A stretch of DNA of 64,000 bases from Camelus dromedarius (Eukaryota): positions 27,158,001 to 27,222,000 of the forward strand of contig NC_087437.1 of NCBI RefSeq assembly GCF_036321535.1, written 5' to 3'. How positions within the stretch are numbered: the stretch's first letter is position 1; each line of letters opens with the position of its first letter. Positions 37,695 to 50,622 of the stretch are shown piece after piece. Below the pieces are notes generated by a model. That model saw only the letters and a program-made list of their open reading frames with translations, had not been told where the DNA came from and did no database searches. The translations under genes and the position numbers were made by a program.

Positions 37695-37930
37695 TTGTAG
37701 TTGAATTCTTTTCTCATGGAAGGAATTATCAGGAGTAGGAAGAAAGATTTCTCTCTTTAACAAGTGAGGAGCCTGTCTCCTTGGAAGACATTGTTGCTTG
37801 GCCACCGAGAGTTATTCGCATCTGACAATAGAGGCTGAAAAACCAAATATTTTCTTTCTAAACATCCATACTTTCCATCTACCCATCCATACCCAGTGGC
37901 AGCCATGTGACCTAGTTTTAGACCTAAGAT

Positions 37931-38308
37931 TGTAGAAGACGCTTTGGTGGCCTGTCCAGCTCTCCTTTACTGGGACAACATACCTGTCCCCCAGCTGCTA
38001 TGAACTGCCCTCAGCCAACGGGAGCCTCCCATCTAGGAAATGACTAGGAGATTATGTCACATACCCTCGTCAGCCTACAGCCAATGGCTGACTAACACGG
38101 CAATTTGAAAGCCAAAACTCCTTGCCTCAATATGAGATGACTCTGTGGTAGGATCAGGCTGAGGTGAGATTTCAGCTGAACCCACATCCTTGCCTAGCTT
38201 CTTCCCTCTGCTTTCTTGACTTCCTTAAGAGTTTTACTGAAAACACTCATACAATAAGTTACTTGCACAAGAACCCACATTTCAGCTTCTAGAGAAACCA
38301 GACAGACA
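37931..38308 (+). mobile_element. LTR16-like ERVL LTR nested in an MLT1 (~37820-37930, ~38310-38626)
   Basis: GATCAGGCTGAGGTGAGATTTCAGCTGAACCCACATCCTTGCCTAGCTTC...CAATAAGTTACTTGCACAAGAA. Confidence 0.7.
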
Positions 38309-39822
38309 TAAGAAGAAGTCAGTGGGAGTACCTTTCTGGGAATGCATTTACTTTCTTGATTAAAAAAACAGAATGGAGAACATATGCAGTAGGCATGGCC
38401 CCTCCCCCTTCTTATTGCCTTGAACATCGCTGTGATGTCTGGAGCTAGAACTCCCATCTTGTGTCTAAGAGGCAATAGACATGAAGGAAAGGCTGAGAGA
38501 GTCCTAGCTCTGGTGCTAGCAGCTCCTACTTCCAAACTTCTATATGTGAGAAAATAAATCATATTTGCTTAGGTGACTTTAAATTAGTATTTCTGTTGTT
38601 TGCAGTTGAATGCATTACTATCTGACAGTTATTGTGAGAATGTAATGAGAAAATAAAGGGCTTCACGTATCACAAACATGCAAAAGATAGTAATTTTCTT
38701 TTCCCCCATCTCTTCCCAAATTAGTTTTCCTGGTTGGAGTTTATGGAAGCCCAAATGAGATTACACAATACCTTTGTATATTATACGTCAAAGTTCGCCC
38801 TTTCTGAGCAACTCATATTTTTGAACCAATACCCTGATTAAGAGAGGGATAACTCAATAATAGGAAGTAGTCACAAATTTTGTCTTTCCTCCCTTACATT
38901 TCAGCTGTGGATGGTCTTGTGTGTTGGGAGGGTTGATCTACCTCATTGCTTTACTATCTCCTAAAGACTCAAGGAAAAATACTTTTACATTTTAAAAAAA
39001 GTGTTATCATTTTGGGCTCATATTGGCTAACTCTTCAAGTTTATAATAATAGCACCAATATTTATACCAAAGTAGAAGACTACGTTTGGGTGGCTCTGGC
39101 ACCAGGGACAGTAGAGCCTCTGTTTGGATTGTGATCCCATGTATGTATCACAGCACCTCCTTGTTTTGGGGCCACCATTCTTGTTCTGTGCACATGCGTC
39201 TTATTATTTATGGAAATAAAGCTTGTCCTCAGAGTAATGAATCTGCTAATGACAGGAACATATTGTTTGAAATGCACTGAGTGCCTCAGGTTTACATGCT
39301 ATTAAATAATGTAATTCAACATGATTTAGCAAATTTTTATTGAGCGCCCACTGTGTGCTAGACACAGGGAGGCCTGTGGCCATGAATCAGCTGTGGCCTA
39401 CCTTTCCAGAACCAAGATCTGTGGGGTGGTAGACGTATATACACAGGTCACTTGGATACAGGATTGATGCTACAATAAAGATGCTAACAAAGTTCTTGAG
39501 ACTTTTGAGTAGGGGGGAAGAAGAGATTCATTTCACTTTAGGGGTTAATAAAGACATCCAGTCATCAGGGAGAAAAGCAAATGATCTCCATTTGGGCTTA
39601 TTTTTCTGTCACCTAGTTATGTCTCGTGATTGTTAAAGTATAAAATCCTTTCATGTAGTGTAACTTAAATGAATCCTCACAACACCACCACGGAGTGTGT
39701 TTGTTGTGTAAATTTATACGTAATGGGGTAAACCAAGGCTTGCAAAATTTAAAGTACTCATGGACTTTGAATGACAGAGGATCTAGGTATTCTAAGTCCA
39801 GATTTAGTTCTTTCTCTGTAGA

Positions 39823-40692
39823 CCAGTGGTTTTTAGAGAGCACACTACTGCTTCTCAAGGGAGGCTGCACGTTAGAACCTACTGGGAGGATTTAAAAATG
39901 CCCATGCCCAGACTGTACTCCAGACCAGTTACATCAGGCTTTCCATGGCTGGGACCCTGGCAGCAGTGTTTTGTTTTTTGTTTTTTTTTTTAATCAATTA
40001 ATTACCTAATTATTTTTAAATTGTGGTGAAATACAGATAACATAAATCTTACCCTCTTAACCACTTTTGAGTCTAATGTTCAGTGGCATAAAGTACATGG
40101 ACACTGTGATGCCACCATCACCACCATTTGTCCATTGACCTCTTCATCTTGCAAAATCAAAGTTCTGTACCCATTAAACAGTAACCCCCATTACCTCCTT
40201 CCCCCAGCCCCTTGCAACCATCATTCTACTTTCTTTATGAATTTGATGACTTTAGGTACCTTATATAATTAGAGTCACATACAGTGTTTGTCTTTTTGTC
40301 ACTGGCTTATTTGACTTCAGTAAGGTTCATCCATGTTGTCCCCGGGTGTCCAAATTGCCTTCCTTTTTAAGAGCAAATGAGAGCCCCTTATCTTTTTACA
40401 CCATATTTTGTTTATCCATTCATTGTTAACGGACAGTTGGTTTGTTTCCACCTTGTGGCTATTGTGAATGATGCTGCTATGAACATGGGTGACCCTGCTT
40501 TAAATTCTTTTAGGTATGTATCTAGAAACGGAATTACTGGATCATGTGGTAATTGTTTTTAATTTGTTGAGGAACCACCAGATGGTTTTCTATAGTAGTT
40601 GCACCATTTTACATTCCCACCAACAGTGTGTCTTTTTTTTTTTTAAAGCTCCCTACCGATTTCAGTAGACAATCAAGGTTGAGAACCCCTGT
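39823..40692. mobile_element. MER5A split by an L1 3' fragment (L1 ~39990-40630, minus strand)
   Basis: MER5A left part CAGTGGTTTT...GGGACCCTGGCAGCAGTGTTTT and right part AAAGCTCCC...GGTTGAGAACCCCTG flank the L1 sequence (ATTGTGGTGAAATAC...TTTTACATTCCCACCAACAGTG). Confidence 0.75.
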
Positions 40693-41003
40693 GATAGACT
40701 GAATTCCTCAAGGCCAAGGCTCTATTTTATTCACCTTTGTATCCACGGCACTCTGCACCAAGCCTGGCAAATTGCATCATGGCCCTCGTGTTGAATGGAC
40801 TTCCTCCATGTTGTGTTCATTTTATTTCTACATAACTTTTGTGATCCTATAGCTAGACCAATTTTACCTATAAGACAAATGTATTGACAGACCTCTGGAG
40901 TTTTCCTCTGTTCTGAGCATATCTTCCTGCCCTAGGCACATGTGTTCTTTGGTATTGCAGACACCAAGCATACTAGGAGGAGTTGCTTCTGAACCAAATG
41001 AAA

Positions 41004-41138
41004 AGGCAGGGGGTATAGCTCAGTGGTAGAGTTCATGCCTAGCATGCACAAGGTCCTGGGTCCAATCCCTAGTACCTCCTCTAAAAATAAATAAATAAAA
41101 ACCTAATTACCTCCCCCATAAAAAATTAAATAAAAATA
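41004..41138 (+). mobile_element. vic-1-like SINE with perfect 12-bp TSD
   Basis: GGGGGTATAGCTCAGTGGTAGAG...GGTCCTGGGTCCAATCCC. TSD AACCAAATGAAA at 40992-41003 and 41139-41150. Confidence 0.9.
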
Positions 41139-41959
41139 AACCAAATGAAAGACGAGAAATAAAACAAGAGAAAGGCAGGCTGCCAGATTTTCGTCAGGTC
41201 TGAAGCATATGCACCCACAATTTTCTGTCACTAACTGAAGATCTTCTAGATATGGCTTCTTGATTAAATTTCTTCACCAGCCTCTCCCCCATCCTAGTTC
41301 TTGCAAACCAGGAAGGAGCTTTTACTGCTTAAAACAAATTGTATTTTCCTTGTTGGAAATAAATAACAATCTCCTCAAACTAAGAGAAGGTTTGGGGACT
41401 TGATCCATAATCATCTTCACCAGAGAGAACCCCCCCGTCCCCCCCGACAACCACCCCGGCCACACACACATCTTATTAAGAATGAGAGTCTGTGAGTTTG
41501 TGTCAGGCGGGTGATAGAGGAAGAGAGAGAAACATTATCAGGAAGGGAGGCCAAAAGTCATTGTATTCAGTGTCTCTGTTTTCTCTTTGGGTTGTTGTCA
41601 AGAATGATTTATTTAATCATCTTGATTTAGAAGACTTTTAGTGTCAGGGAACCGTCTTTTTTATTGCTTCTGTCTCCTGCTGGCCTTTCCTGGGCCTCTT
41701 AGATTTCCATCAAGCTATTGGCATTCTGTCTGAATCAGTAGCAGGCAAAGGTCTTTTTCTTAGATGTGCAGCACGGTGTATTCTACCTGGGGTCAGAGAT
41801 GAAGAGTTACAGTTGTTTAGAATTAAGAGAGACTTTGAGAGATGAGCTTCTAGCCCAACCTTATTTGGCTTTCAGACACTGTGATGTAGCTGGTTAGTGG
41901 CAAAGTTGAGACAAGGACCCAAGTCTTCTCTCACTGAGTCCATTACTTTTGCTGTATCT

Positions 41960-42620
41960 ATGCTTGCATTCACTGATTTTTTCATTCAGTATTTATTGAG
42001 TATCTATTATATTTTAGGTACAGTACTGGGCATTGGGGGAAGAGCAACGCAGACATGTTTCCTATTCTTCTGATCTCTGGTGGAAGACAGAGCTAATTAA
42101 TCATGCAGTGCAGTACAAAGGGAGGCACCCAACCCCCTTTGTGGGGGAGATCAGGGGGTACTTCTTGGAGGAAGTGACGTTTAATCTAAAACCTGATGAG
42201 CAGATACGAGCTTGCTAAGGGAAAGATAGAGGGTGTCCCAGGAAGAACAAAGAATACACGCAAAGGCCCCAGACAGAAAAGAGTGGTGCATTTGAAGAAC
42301 TGAAAGAAATTCAGAGTTGGAGAGGCAAGCCAGGCCTAGATCAGGTAAGTTCTTGTAGGCCATCCTGAAGACTGTGAACTTCATTCTGAAAGCAGTGGGG
42401 ATCTGTGCAGAGGTGTAAGCAGGATTTTTAGAAGATCAGAATTGCATTCAGAAGGTTCATTCTCACTGCCACATGGAGAATGGGTCGGGGATAGGCCAGA
42501 CCAGAGAAAGAGAGACCAATTAGGAGACCCTTGTGAGAATCCAAATGAGAGAAGATGATGGCTTGGACCAAGTTTGTTGCTGAGGGGGTAGAAAGAAGTG
42601 AGCAGATTTCAGAGGTATGC
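41960..42620 (-). mobile_element. L2 fragment
   Basis: CATTCAGTATTTATTGAGTATCTA...CTTCTTGGAGGAAGTGACGTTT...GAGAGAAGATGATGGCTTGGAC. Confidence 0.7.
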
Positions 42621-42789
42621 CTGTGGTGGCTTGACCATGGGAGGTGCTGAGCCAAATGGGTGCGGTATCCTGGGAAGGACTCAGAGGCAGAGGATGAGGT
42701 CTGAGGGGTAAAGATGGAGACAGTGATGGATGCTGATGCTGAAATGACTTTTGGACTTACTCACACATCTTTTAAAAGATTGATTGATT

Positions 42790-43005
42790 GATTCATTGAA
42801 GTATGGTTGACTTAAAATGTTGTGTTAGTTTCTGGTGTACAGCATAGTGATTCAGTTATACATATATATATTCTTTTTCATTATAGGTTATTTAGAGATA
42901 TTGAATATAGTTCCCTGTACTATATAGTAGGTCCTTGTTGTTTATCTATTTTATATGTAGTAGTTTGTATCTGCTATCCCAAACTCATAATTTATCCCTC
43001 CCTCC
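42790..43005 (-). mobile_element. L1 3' end
   Basis: ATTGAAGTATGGTTGACTT...GAATATAGTTCCCTGTACTATATAGTAGGTCCTTGTTG. Confidence 0.85.
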
Positions 43006-43040
43006 ACACACATCTTAAGTTGACATAACAAATACTTGCC

Positions 43041-43428
43041 TGTGTGGGGCTGAACTGCATTCCCCTCAAATTCATTTGCTGAAGCCCTAACCCTCCAGTA
43101 CCTCAGAGTGTTACTGTATTTGAAGACAGGGCCTTTAAAGAGGTAATTAAGTTAAAGTGAGGCTGTTAAGGGTGGGACCTAATCCAACCTGTGTCCTTAC
43201 AAGAAGAGGAAATCTGGACACACAAAGAGACACCAGGGATGTGCACACAGAGGACACAGTGGAAAGGCCGCCACCTGCAAGTCAAAGAGAGAGGCATCTG
43301 AAGAAGCCAAACCTGCCAACACCTTGATCTTGGACTTCCAGCTTCCAGAACCATGAGAAATAAATTTCCACTGTTCAAGCCATCGAGTCTGTGATATTTT
43401 GTTATGGCAGCCTGAGCAGACTAATACG
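43041..43428 (+). mobile_element. MLT1B-like MaLR LTR
   Basis: 388 bp; GACACAGTGGAAAGG...ACCTTGATCTTGGACTTCCAGCTTCCAGAAC...AATAAATTTC. TSD TTGCC/ATGCC. Confidence 0.85.
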
Positions 43429-45560
43429 ATGCCATAGACAAGTAAGTAATTTCTCTCTCCTTCCAGGGAATTCTCTTTAAATGAAGATATCTGTAGTTGG
43501 ATATAAGGGTCTGCAGAGAGCTTTGAAGTCCTCAGCATTTGGATGTAATGGAATCTACAAGAGGATGGAGTGACCCACAGTGTGTGGGTAGAGAAGAGAG
43601 GGGGGCAGGCCTAGGCCTGAATGAGAAGTGGGGGGAATCCAGATCCCCAGAGCCAAGGGAGCTCAGGAAGGGTGTGATCAAGGTGTCAGAAGCAAGTGAG
43701 TTGTAGCTTGGAGAGCACTTTCAGGGGTGCAATGGGAGGAAGGCAGGCTGTGGGGGCTGAGGAACAGGAGATAAGGAGCTCAAGATGGTGAGATAGATGT
43801 GCTTACAAGCAGATTGGCTTGGTGAGAAGACTGATGTTCAGAGCAGAACCTGGAGTGGGGCCAAGGAAGAATCTTTAAAAAAAATGAAGACCCCCAAAAA
43901 CATGAGACACTTGAGCAAGCCTAAGAGCAAGTTAGAAAGGGGCCGATCAGAAAGTGAGAGGGAAGACTCAGTAGAGCCCAGTCTCCAAGGTCAGCACTGA
44001 GGGCTCTGCCACCCTGAGTCATAAGGTGGGCCTTGTCCAGGAGGAGGGAAGGAGAGCAGGTGCAGATGCCCGGGGCTGAGGGGGCTGCCTTCTGGCTACT
44101 TCCTTCCTCTCTGAGAGGAGGGGAGACCATCTGCAGAGAGCAGGGACATGCCAGTGGGGGGAACATCCTGTCACAGACTGGAGGAGTGTAGAGACACTCT
44201 GCCCAGGTAACGGAGGCTCTGAGGGAATGCGGACCCCGCTATGAGCAGACTACTGCAGGTGTTTCACAAACAGTATTGAAAATAATCTGATGGATAAAAT
44301 TATCTTTATTTTACAGACAAGAAATTAGGGGCTCTAGAGGTCAAGATCCTGCTCAAAGTTACATAATTTGTAAGTGCCCCAGGCAGGATTTAAACTCTGA
44401 GTCCTTAAAGCATAGGCCCTATGCCTTCAGCACAGCGCCCTCCCTGCTCCAGACTGGATCAGACTAGTGGAGGTCCTGGCAGGCTGATAATTTGTTTACT
44501 CTTCAAACGTATATGTGTTTGAAATTTATTCCATGTTTATCTGGAGGAAGGGCTGAGCTCTGCATGCAGGAAGGGCAGAGAGGAAAGTCTCAGTTGTCCC
44601 AAACCTGCGGTCATCTCTGCAAATAAAGGCCTTGGGTTCATTGGACCCGTTCTTCTTGAGAATGCAGTTCACAGGCTCACCTCTGGAATTTGATGCCTGG
44701 CTGGGATGGGGGATCGGGGTGGATTTGGGGAGTGGGAGGAAGTAGGGGAGCTCCACACCTTCCCAACCTCATGGCTTATCAAATTGCAGGTGCTTCTTCA
44801 TTTACAGTGGTTTAGATTTGAAAGATAGTTCCTAAATCCACTTGTGTGTAAATCCAACTAGACGTTTGTTAGACACACCCCCACCACACCATCACTGGGG
44901 TCTTTCCTCTGATGTGCAGCTTTGTTTCTGTCTAGCTAGGAAAAAAAGTAGAAGTGAGTAATGTATTTCTTCCAGCCATGTATACTGACCTCCCTAAAAG
45001 GAGTTCTGGAAAATCTCATTTTTTTCCCACCTTGTTATAGTTCCAGTGGCATTTTAGTACCTTCATGATATTTAGCACTATAGATATGTCCTGCACGGTT
45101 GTCCAGTTGAACCACCCCCAGGCCAGCTCTGACCAAACTGTGCCTCAATTTCTCATAGCGTGTCACATAATAGACCTGACTTGTTTTGCACGTTTAGGTG
45201 ATTCATCGCTGAAATTGTGTCTCATGCTGTAAGAACCCATCAGAGCCATAACCGTGTTTCTATGAATTACTCATGATTTATCAAGCCACAGGACGTTGAG
45301 CATGGAAACTGTTGAGGTGCTAGCTTGATTATGTCTGAGAAAGTTTTCTTTTCTCACTGTGGCTATTTCCACTGAAGTAAAATCCTTACTGTTTGTGCCT
45401 TGCTGTTTTTCAGGTCAGTTATGGGAAGTAGCAAGTGTTCCAGGCCTAAAAGCATTTAGGCCACAAATAACAAAACCTCAGGAAAGGAAAGCTGGCGCAG
45501 TTTATTAATGCATTCTCAGTGCCCCACAGGGATCTGTGTTGTGGAGCGGCTGGAGCACCC

Positions 45561-45672
45561 CAGGGTGACCAACTCCCTAATTTTGCCCTGACTGAGGGGT
45601 TTCCAGGGGTGCCAGGCTTCCAGTGCTAAAACCGGGGAAGTCCTGGGCCAACCAGCATGAGTTGCTCATCTA
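45561..45672. mobile_element. MER81-like hAT-Blackjack MITE
   Basis: AGGGTGACCAACT...GACTGAGGGGTTTCC...CAGTGCTAAAACCGGGGAAGTCC; ~112 bp. Confidence 0.7.
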
Positions 45673-45679
45673 CTTTTTT

Positions 45680-46735
45680 TTTAAATTTTTTTTTTTAATT
45701 ATGGAAAAATTTTAAATTTAAAGAAAATTGCAAAGATAGAAGAGATTTATCATATACCCTAAATCCAGTTTCCTGTACGATCAATATATTAATATGAAGC
45801 ATATTTGTCACAATTAGTGGACCGATATTAACACATTATTATTAATTTAAAGTCTATGTTTTTATCTAATGTCCTTTTTTCTGTTCCTGGATTTTGTCAG
45901 GGAGACCGCATGACCATTAGCTGTCATGCCTCCCTAGGCTCCTCCAGGCCATGATAGTCTCTCAAACTTCCCTTGTTTTTGATCATTTGACAAGTTTGGG
46001 TCAGGATTTCTCCAGAATGTCCCTCAACTGGGATTTGTCTGATGTTTTGCTCATGGTTAGACTGGGCTTATGGGTTTGGGGAGGAAGGTCACAGAGGTGA
46101 AGTGCCATTTGCATCACCTCCTATCGAGGGTACATACTATCTACGTGACTTGTCATCACAGATGCTAACCTCCATCACTTGCTTTTGATAGGATTGTCAG
46201 GTTTCTCCACTGTAACGTTACACATCCTGTCTCTTCCTTTCCCTACTGTGCTCTTAGGAAGGAATTCACTACATGCAGCCCACGCTTTAGGAGTGGGAAG
46301 CTGTTGGGAACTATATTCGATATCCTGTAATAAGCCATAATGGAAAAGAATATGAAAAAGAATATATATACATAACTGAATCATTTTGCTGTACACCTAA
46401 AACTAATGCAACATTGTGAATCAACTATATATCAATACAAAAAAAAAAAAGGAGTGAGAAATTGTGTTCTGCCTCCTTGACCAGGGAATATTTACATAGA
46501 TTATTTGGGATTCTTCATCTATTCTTCCTAATTTATTTGCTCCACTACTTATTTATATCAATGTGGACTCATGGATATTTACTTTATACTGGGGGATACG
46601 GTCCAATACTACTTTATTTATTATGTTGCCATTCCCTAATGATAAATGGTATTGAGCATCTTTTCATACACTTATTTGCCACCCACATACTGTCTTTGGT
46701 CAGATGTCAGTCCAGATCTTTTGCCCTTTTTTTGA
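45680..46735 (-). mobile_element. L1MC-like fragment with a younger plus-strand L1 3' end inserted (~46305-46450)
   Basis: AATTGCAAAGATAG...GGGATTTGTCTGATGTTTTGCTCATGGTTAGACTGGG. Internal insert GGGAACTATATTCG...poly-A flanked by AGGAGTGGGAA / AGGAGTGAGAA. Confidence 0.7.
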
Positions 46736-48007
46736 AATGGAGTCATCCTCCTTTTGAGAACAATTTGGGACTTGAGTCCAGTTGTGTGTGTGTGTGAGTG
46801 TGTGAAGACTGGGGAACCCTGCCGTGCCTAGATTTCTTCCTCTGCCGCTTCTGGGACTCTTCTACTGGAGGCTCAGCCCATCCCATCCTGAGTCAGATCT
46901 GACCAGAGCAGGGTGCAGTCTGGGGATAGAGACTCTGGAGCAGACCTCAGTGTGGTTCAGTCACAACAGTTTGCCTTAGTTTTCAGTTTCTTTCCACCCC
47001 TTGCCAAGTGCTTCATGACATAGGCTAGGAACTAAAATATTTCACAACCCCACAAACTCCCATTGCATTTCCCCACCGTCTAGAACTAATTTAGCATCAG
47101 CCACAAGACACACCCGCTCTTCAGGACTGAAAATATCCTGGTTTCTTGGGGTTCTTATTTCCCCAAGCCTCAGCAAGGTGGGTTCAGATGTCTGTGTGGA
47201 CACGTGGACACTTCCTTATGTTGGATGCAATTCTGTACTCCTTTTTTAAAAGGCAGACTTCAAAGCTTTGGAACCTGAGTTTTCTACGGTCACGGAGAAA
47301 ATCGATTCAAGAGAAATGCCATGTAGTGTTGTCGCAGTCAAAGGATTGCTTGTGTTCTTTGATGTTTAGGCCTCTCTGGTAATTTCTCTGAAGTTTACTT
47401 GTTTTGACACCCTTCTTAAAGTCGGGGACCCATGACTGTGGTAATTTACAAACATCAGTGTTTTCAAAGGAAATGCCGCTTACCTTTCGGCAAATTAGAA
47501 TTTTGACTAGCCATCAAATAAAGACAGCTCATCTGGTGTGGCTGAAGGCCGTGTGGCCACTAGGGGTCAGGCGGCGCCCTGATCAGAGAGGCAGTTCTCG
47601 GGAGAAGGAGAAGAGGCTGGGGGAGGAGAGGTGCCTGGTCAGCTGGAGTTTTCCAAGAGAGAAAGATGTTCACCGTTCCTGGAGGGACCTGAAATACAGC
47701 TATGCTAAACTTAAAAGTTTTTTTTTTCTTCCTGGTTTGAAAGCAGATTCTCTGAAGAGAACCATAGATTTTATGTCTGTCATTCTGCCTACAATTTCTC
47801 TTCTGTGCAGATTTTTGAGTATCATTTAATTTCCCCCTTACCAGCCCTGTCTGGCCATTCCTGGTGGATTTAGGGTGCAGAAAATGGCCACATTCTCTCC
47901 ACTTCCCACAACATTTTTATTCAGGTGACTTCTGGATAAAATAAGAAAGAGTCAAGGAAGAGGAGGGCTGGCAGGAAAGGAGTGGGATTACGCTGACCCC
48001 TGCAGCG

Positions 48008-48105
48008 CCTGTGTGGTTTAATTTGGGTTTTGCTCTGCTTTCTTTAGGTTAAACTTAACTTGAGGACCCTTTTGAATAGTTCATCATTTAATCAGGGAGA
48101 GATTG
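48008..48105 (+). repeat. Dispersed ~97-bp direct repeat, copy 1
   Basis: Aligns with 49981-50075. Confidence 0.85.
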
Positions 48106-49980
48106 AGGAGGAGGGACCAGGCAGCTGGTGATGAGGGTGCCGTCTTTCCTGCGACCCAGATCAAAGCGCTCCGGTCACCTGTGAGCCCCAGGCGCCAGTG
48201 CCACGCCCTCCCACTTGGGGACAGCACCAGGGCTCCCCACCAGGGAGGGACACGGCCCTTCTAGGTTGTGGTACACATGGCACATGTTGTTCGGTGTTCT
48301 CCTGGGCCTCCATTGGCCTCGTAATGCTTCTCAGTCCAGCGCTTCAAGTAGTCACTGTCACCTTTGCCTCCGTTCTGGTCTGGCAATGCCTAGGTGTCAA
48401 AAACAAGTTTCTGTTGAACTTGGCAGTCACCTCTTCCGGCCCTGTGGTGGTGGTGTTTGCAGTTTAGATGTCTCTGCCAATTTTTCCAGAGTCTTCCTTC
48501 AAGTGTGGTCAAGGTCTGATTGCACAGTGGCCAAACCTTGAACTGGCTTCAGGCACTGATTGGTTTCTGGCTAAAATGGTGCTCCAGACAACTATTACAT
48601 GTTATATTGCTAGAGATTTAGTCCAGTGCCTCTAGTTTTTTCATGAGCATATTGTCTGTTCACAGTAAAAGTCTGAGCTGTGTACTAAAGTTTACTGACA
48701 AGTGAGGTGAATCCCCTTAGCAGCATTCAGAAATGCAAATTAAGCAACATGAGACACCGTGTTTTCCTCATCAAGTGGCAAAAATGAAAAAGGCTAATAA
48801 CTTTCATTGCTGGTGGGGAGGGAAAACCAGGCTTCCTCATCTATTGCAGCTAGGAATACGTATTGTTACTATCTTTGGGAAGGTGGTATAATAATACCTA
48901 TTAAAAGAAGAAATGCATATTGTTGCCTCAGATCTCATTTTGGGGACTGTAGTCTTCAGATATGAAAGCGGGAGAATGTCACAAATAATCAGGGGTGCTT
49001 ATTGCCCACTTTTTAGTGGCAAAACAAAACGTAATTGAATGTCAGTAGAATATATTTTGGCATAAATATAATTTGGTATATTCATAATTTCAATTGAAGT
49101 AAGTGTAAATGATTGAATTAGATTTGTGTGAGTTGTTCTAGAGGATATCTGTGATAAATTGAGTGAAAAAAGGAAATTGTAGAGTCTTGAACATAGCAGA
49201 ATTCAGTTTTATGAGAACAAAAAATTCAAACTCTCTCTGTAGGAATAAATGTTTGTACACAAGCATGATGAAAGATATGGGAGGGTACCCATGAGGCTTT
49301 TGACCTTTGGGGGTGGGATAGAGGAGGGGTGTGTGTGCATGCATGGGTTGGGAGTATTATGAATTTTTTCTTTAACACATATTACAAATAGGGTACATAT
49401 AAATACATTTAGAATTTTTTAAAAAAATCAGATGAGGAAACACGGTCCCTAAAAAGTTAAGGCCATTGACTAAAGTCTTAACAACTGGTTAACAGCCAAG
49501 CAGGTCTGCTGAGCCCAGATTCCCTGTATTCAATCCCCTGTACAGGTTGCTATTTAAAAAGATGTGGCTGACAAAACTCCTTACTGCTTCTTTTATTTGA
49601 TGTTTTCACCCCTCCCCTCCTTCTCTGTTGAGTAGCTGAGCCTAGAAGGAGCAAATGCTTTTAATTGTAGCCAGACCCTCTGCTGATCATCGTCAGACAG
49701 ACACTTTCCTTTTGACTGGATGAGTTCATTTCCATGACTGGGTTAGCTATTGAATGACAGTCCCCAGAGTTAAAAGGATTGAGGAGGTGACTGAAGAGTT
49801 ATATATTTTCTCATTGTCCGGTCAAGACGTTCTCCTTGATCTGACAATTTTCCCGAAGCCAGCATTTTATTTCATTTCCAGCTTGACATAAAAGTGATTG
49901 TGTCCTTGGGGTTATAAGAAATATAATCTCACCTGCAACCTCTCTTTCATACTGTCAGCTCTCCAAAGACTTCAAGGAAA

Positions 49981-50075
49981 CCTGTGCAGTTTAATTTGGG
50001 TTTTGCTTAGCTTTCTTTTGGTTAAAGACAACCTGTGGACCCTTTTTGTTCGTCATTTAATCCAGGGAGAGATTG
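49981..50075 (+). repeat. Dispersed ~97-bp direct repeat, copy 2
   Basis: Aligns with 48008-48105. Confidence 0.85.
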
Positions 50076-50243
50076 TTACCCATCAAATAGAACATATTGC
50101 TGTGTTCACTTTATTTTTCCTTTTTATTCCTGGGGAATCCTTTTTTTTTTTTTTTCCCCTAACGTTCTTGACTTCTATGTACAGTTTGGAAATATGCAGC
50201 CACAAAGTGTGAATCTGGGCCTGAGGAAATGATGAGGCGGTCT

Positions 50244-50622
50244 TGTAGGCAGAATAATGTCCTTCCAAAGTGCTCCACATCCAGACACTGGAATCTGTGT
50301 CTATATTATCTTACGTGGCAAAAGTGATTCAGTTAAGGGTTTTGAGAAGGGTAGATTACCCATCATGAAGGTGGGCCTAATATAATGACATGGGTCTTTA
50401 AAAGTAGATACTCTTTCCTGGCTGTAGTCAGATGTGACTATGGAAAATGGTCAGAGAGATACAACATTGCTGGCTTTGAGGATGGAGGAGAGGGCTGTGA
50501 GCCAAGGAATGCAGGAAGCTTCTAGAAGCTGGAAGAGAAAATAATTCTCCTCTAGAATCCCCAGAAGGAACGCAGCCCTACTGATATCTTGATCTTAGCC
50601 CAGTGAGACCCATGTCAGACTT
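50244..50622 (+). mobile_element. MLT1D-like MaLR LTR (3' truncated)
   Basis: TGTAGGCAGAATAATGTCC...GCTGGCTTTGAGGATGGAGG...TTAGCCCAGTGAGACCCATGTCAGACTT. Confidence 0.8.
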
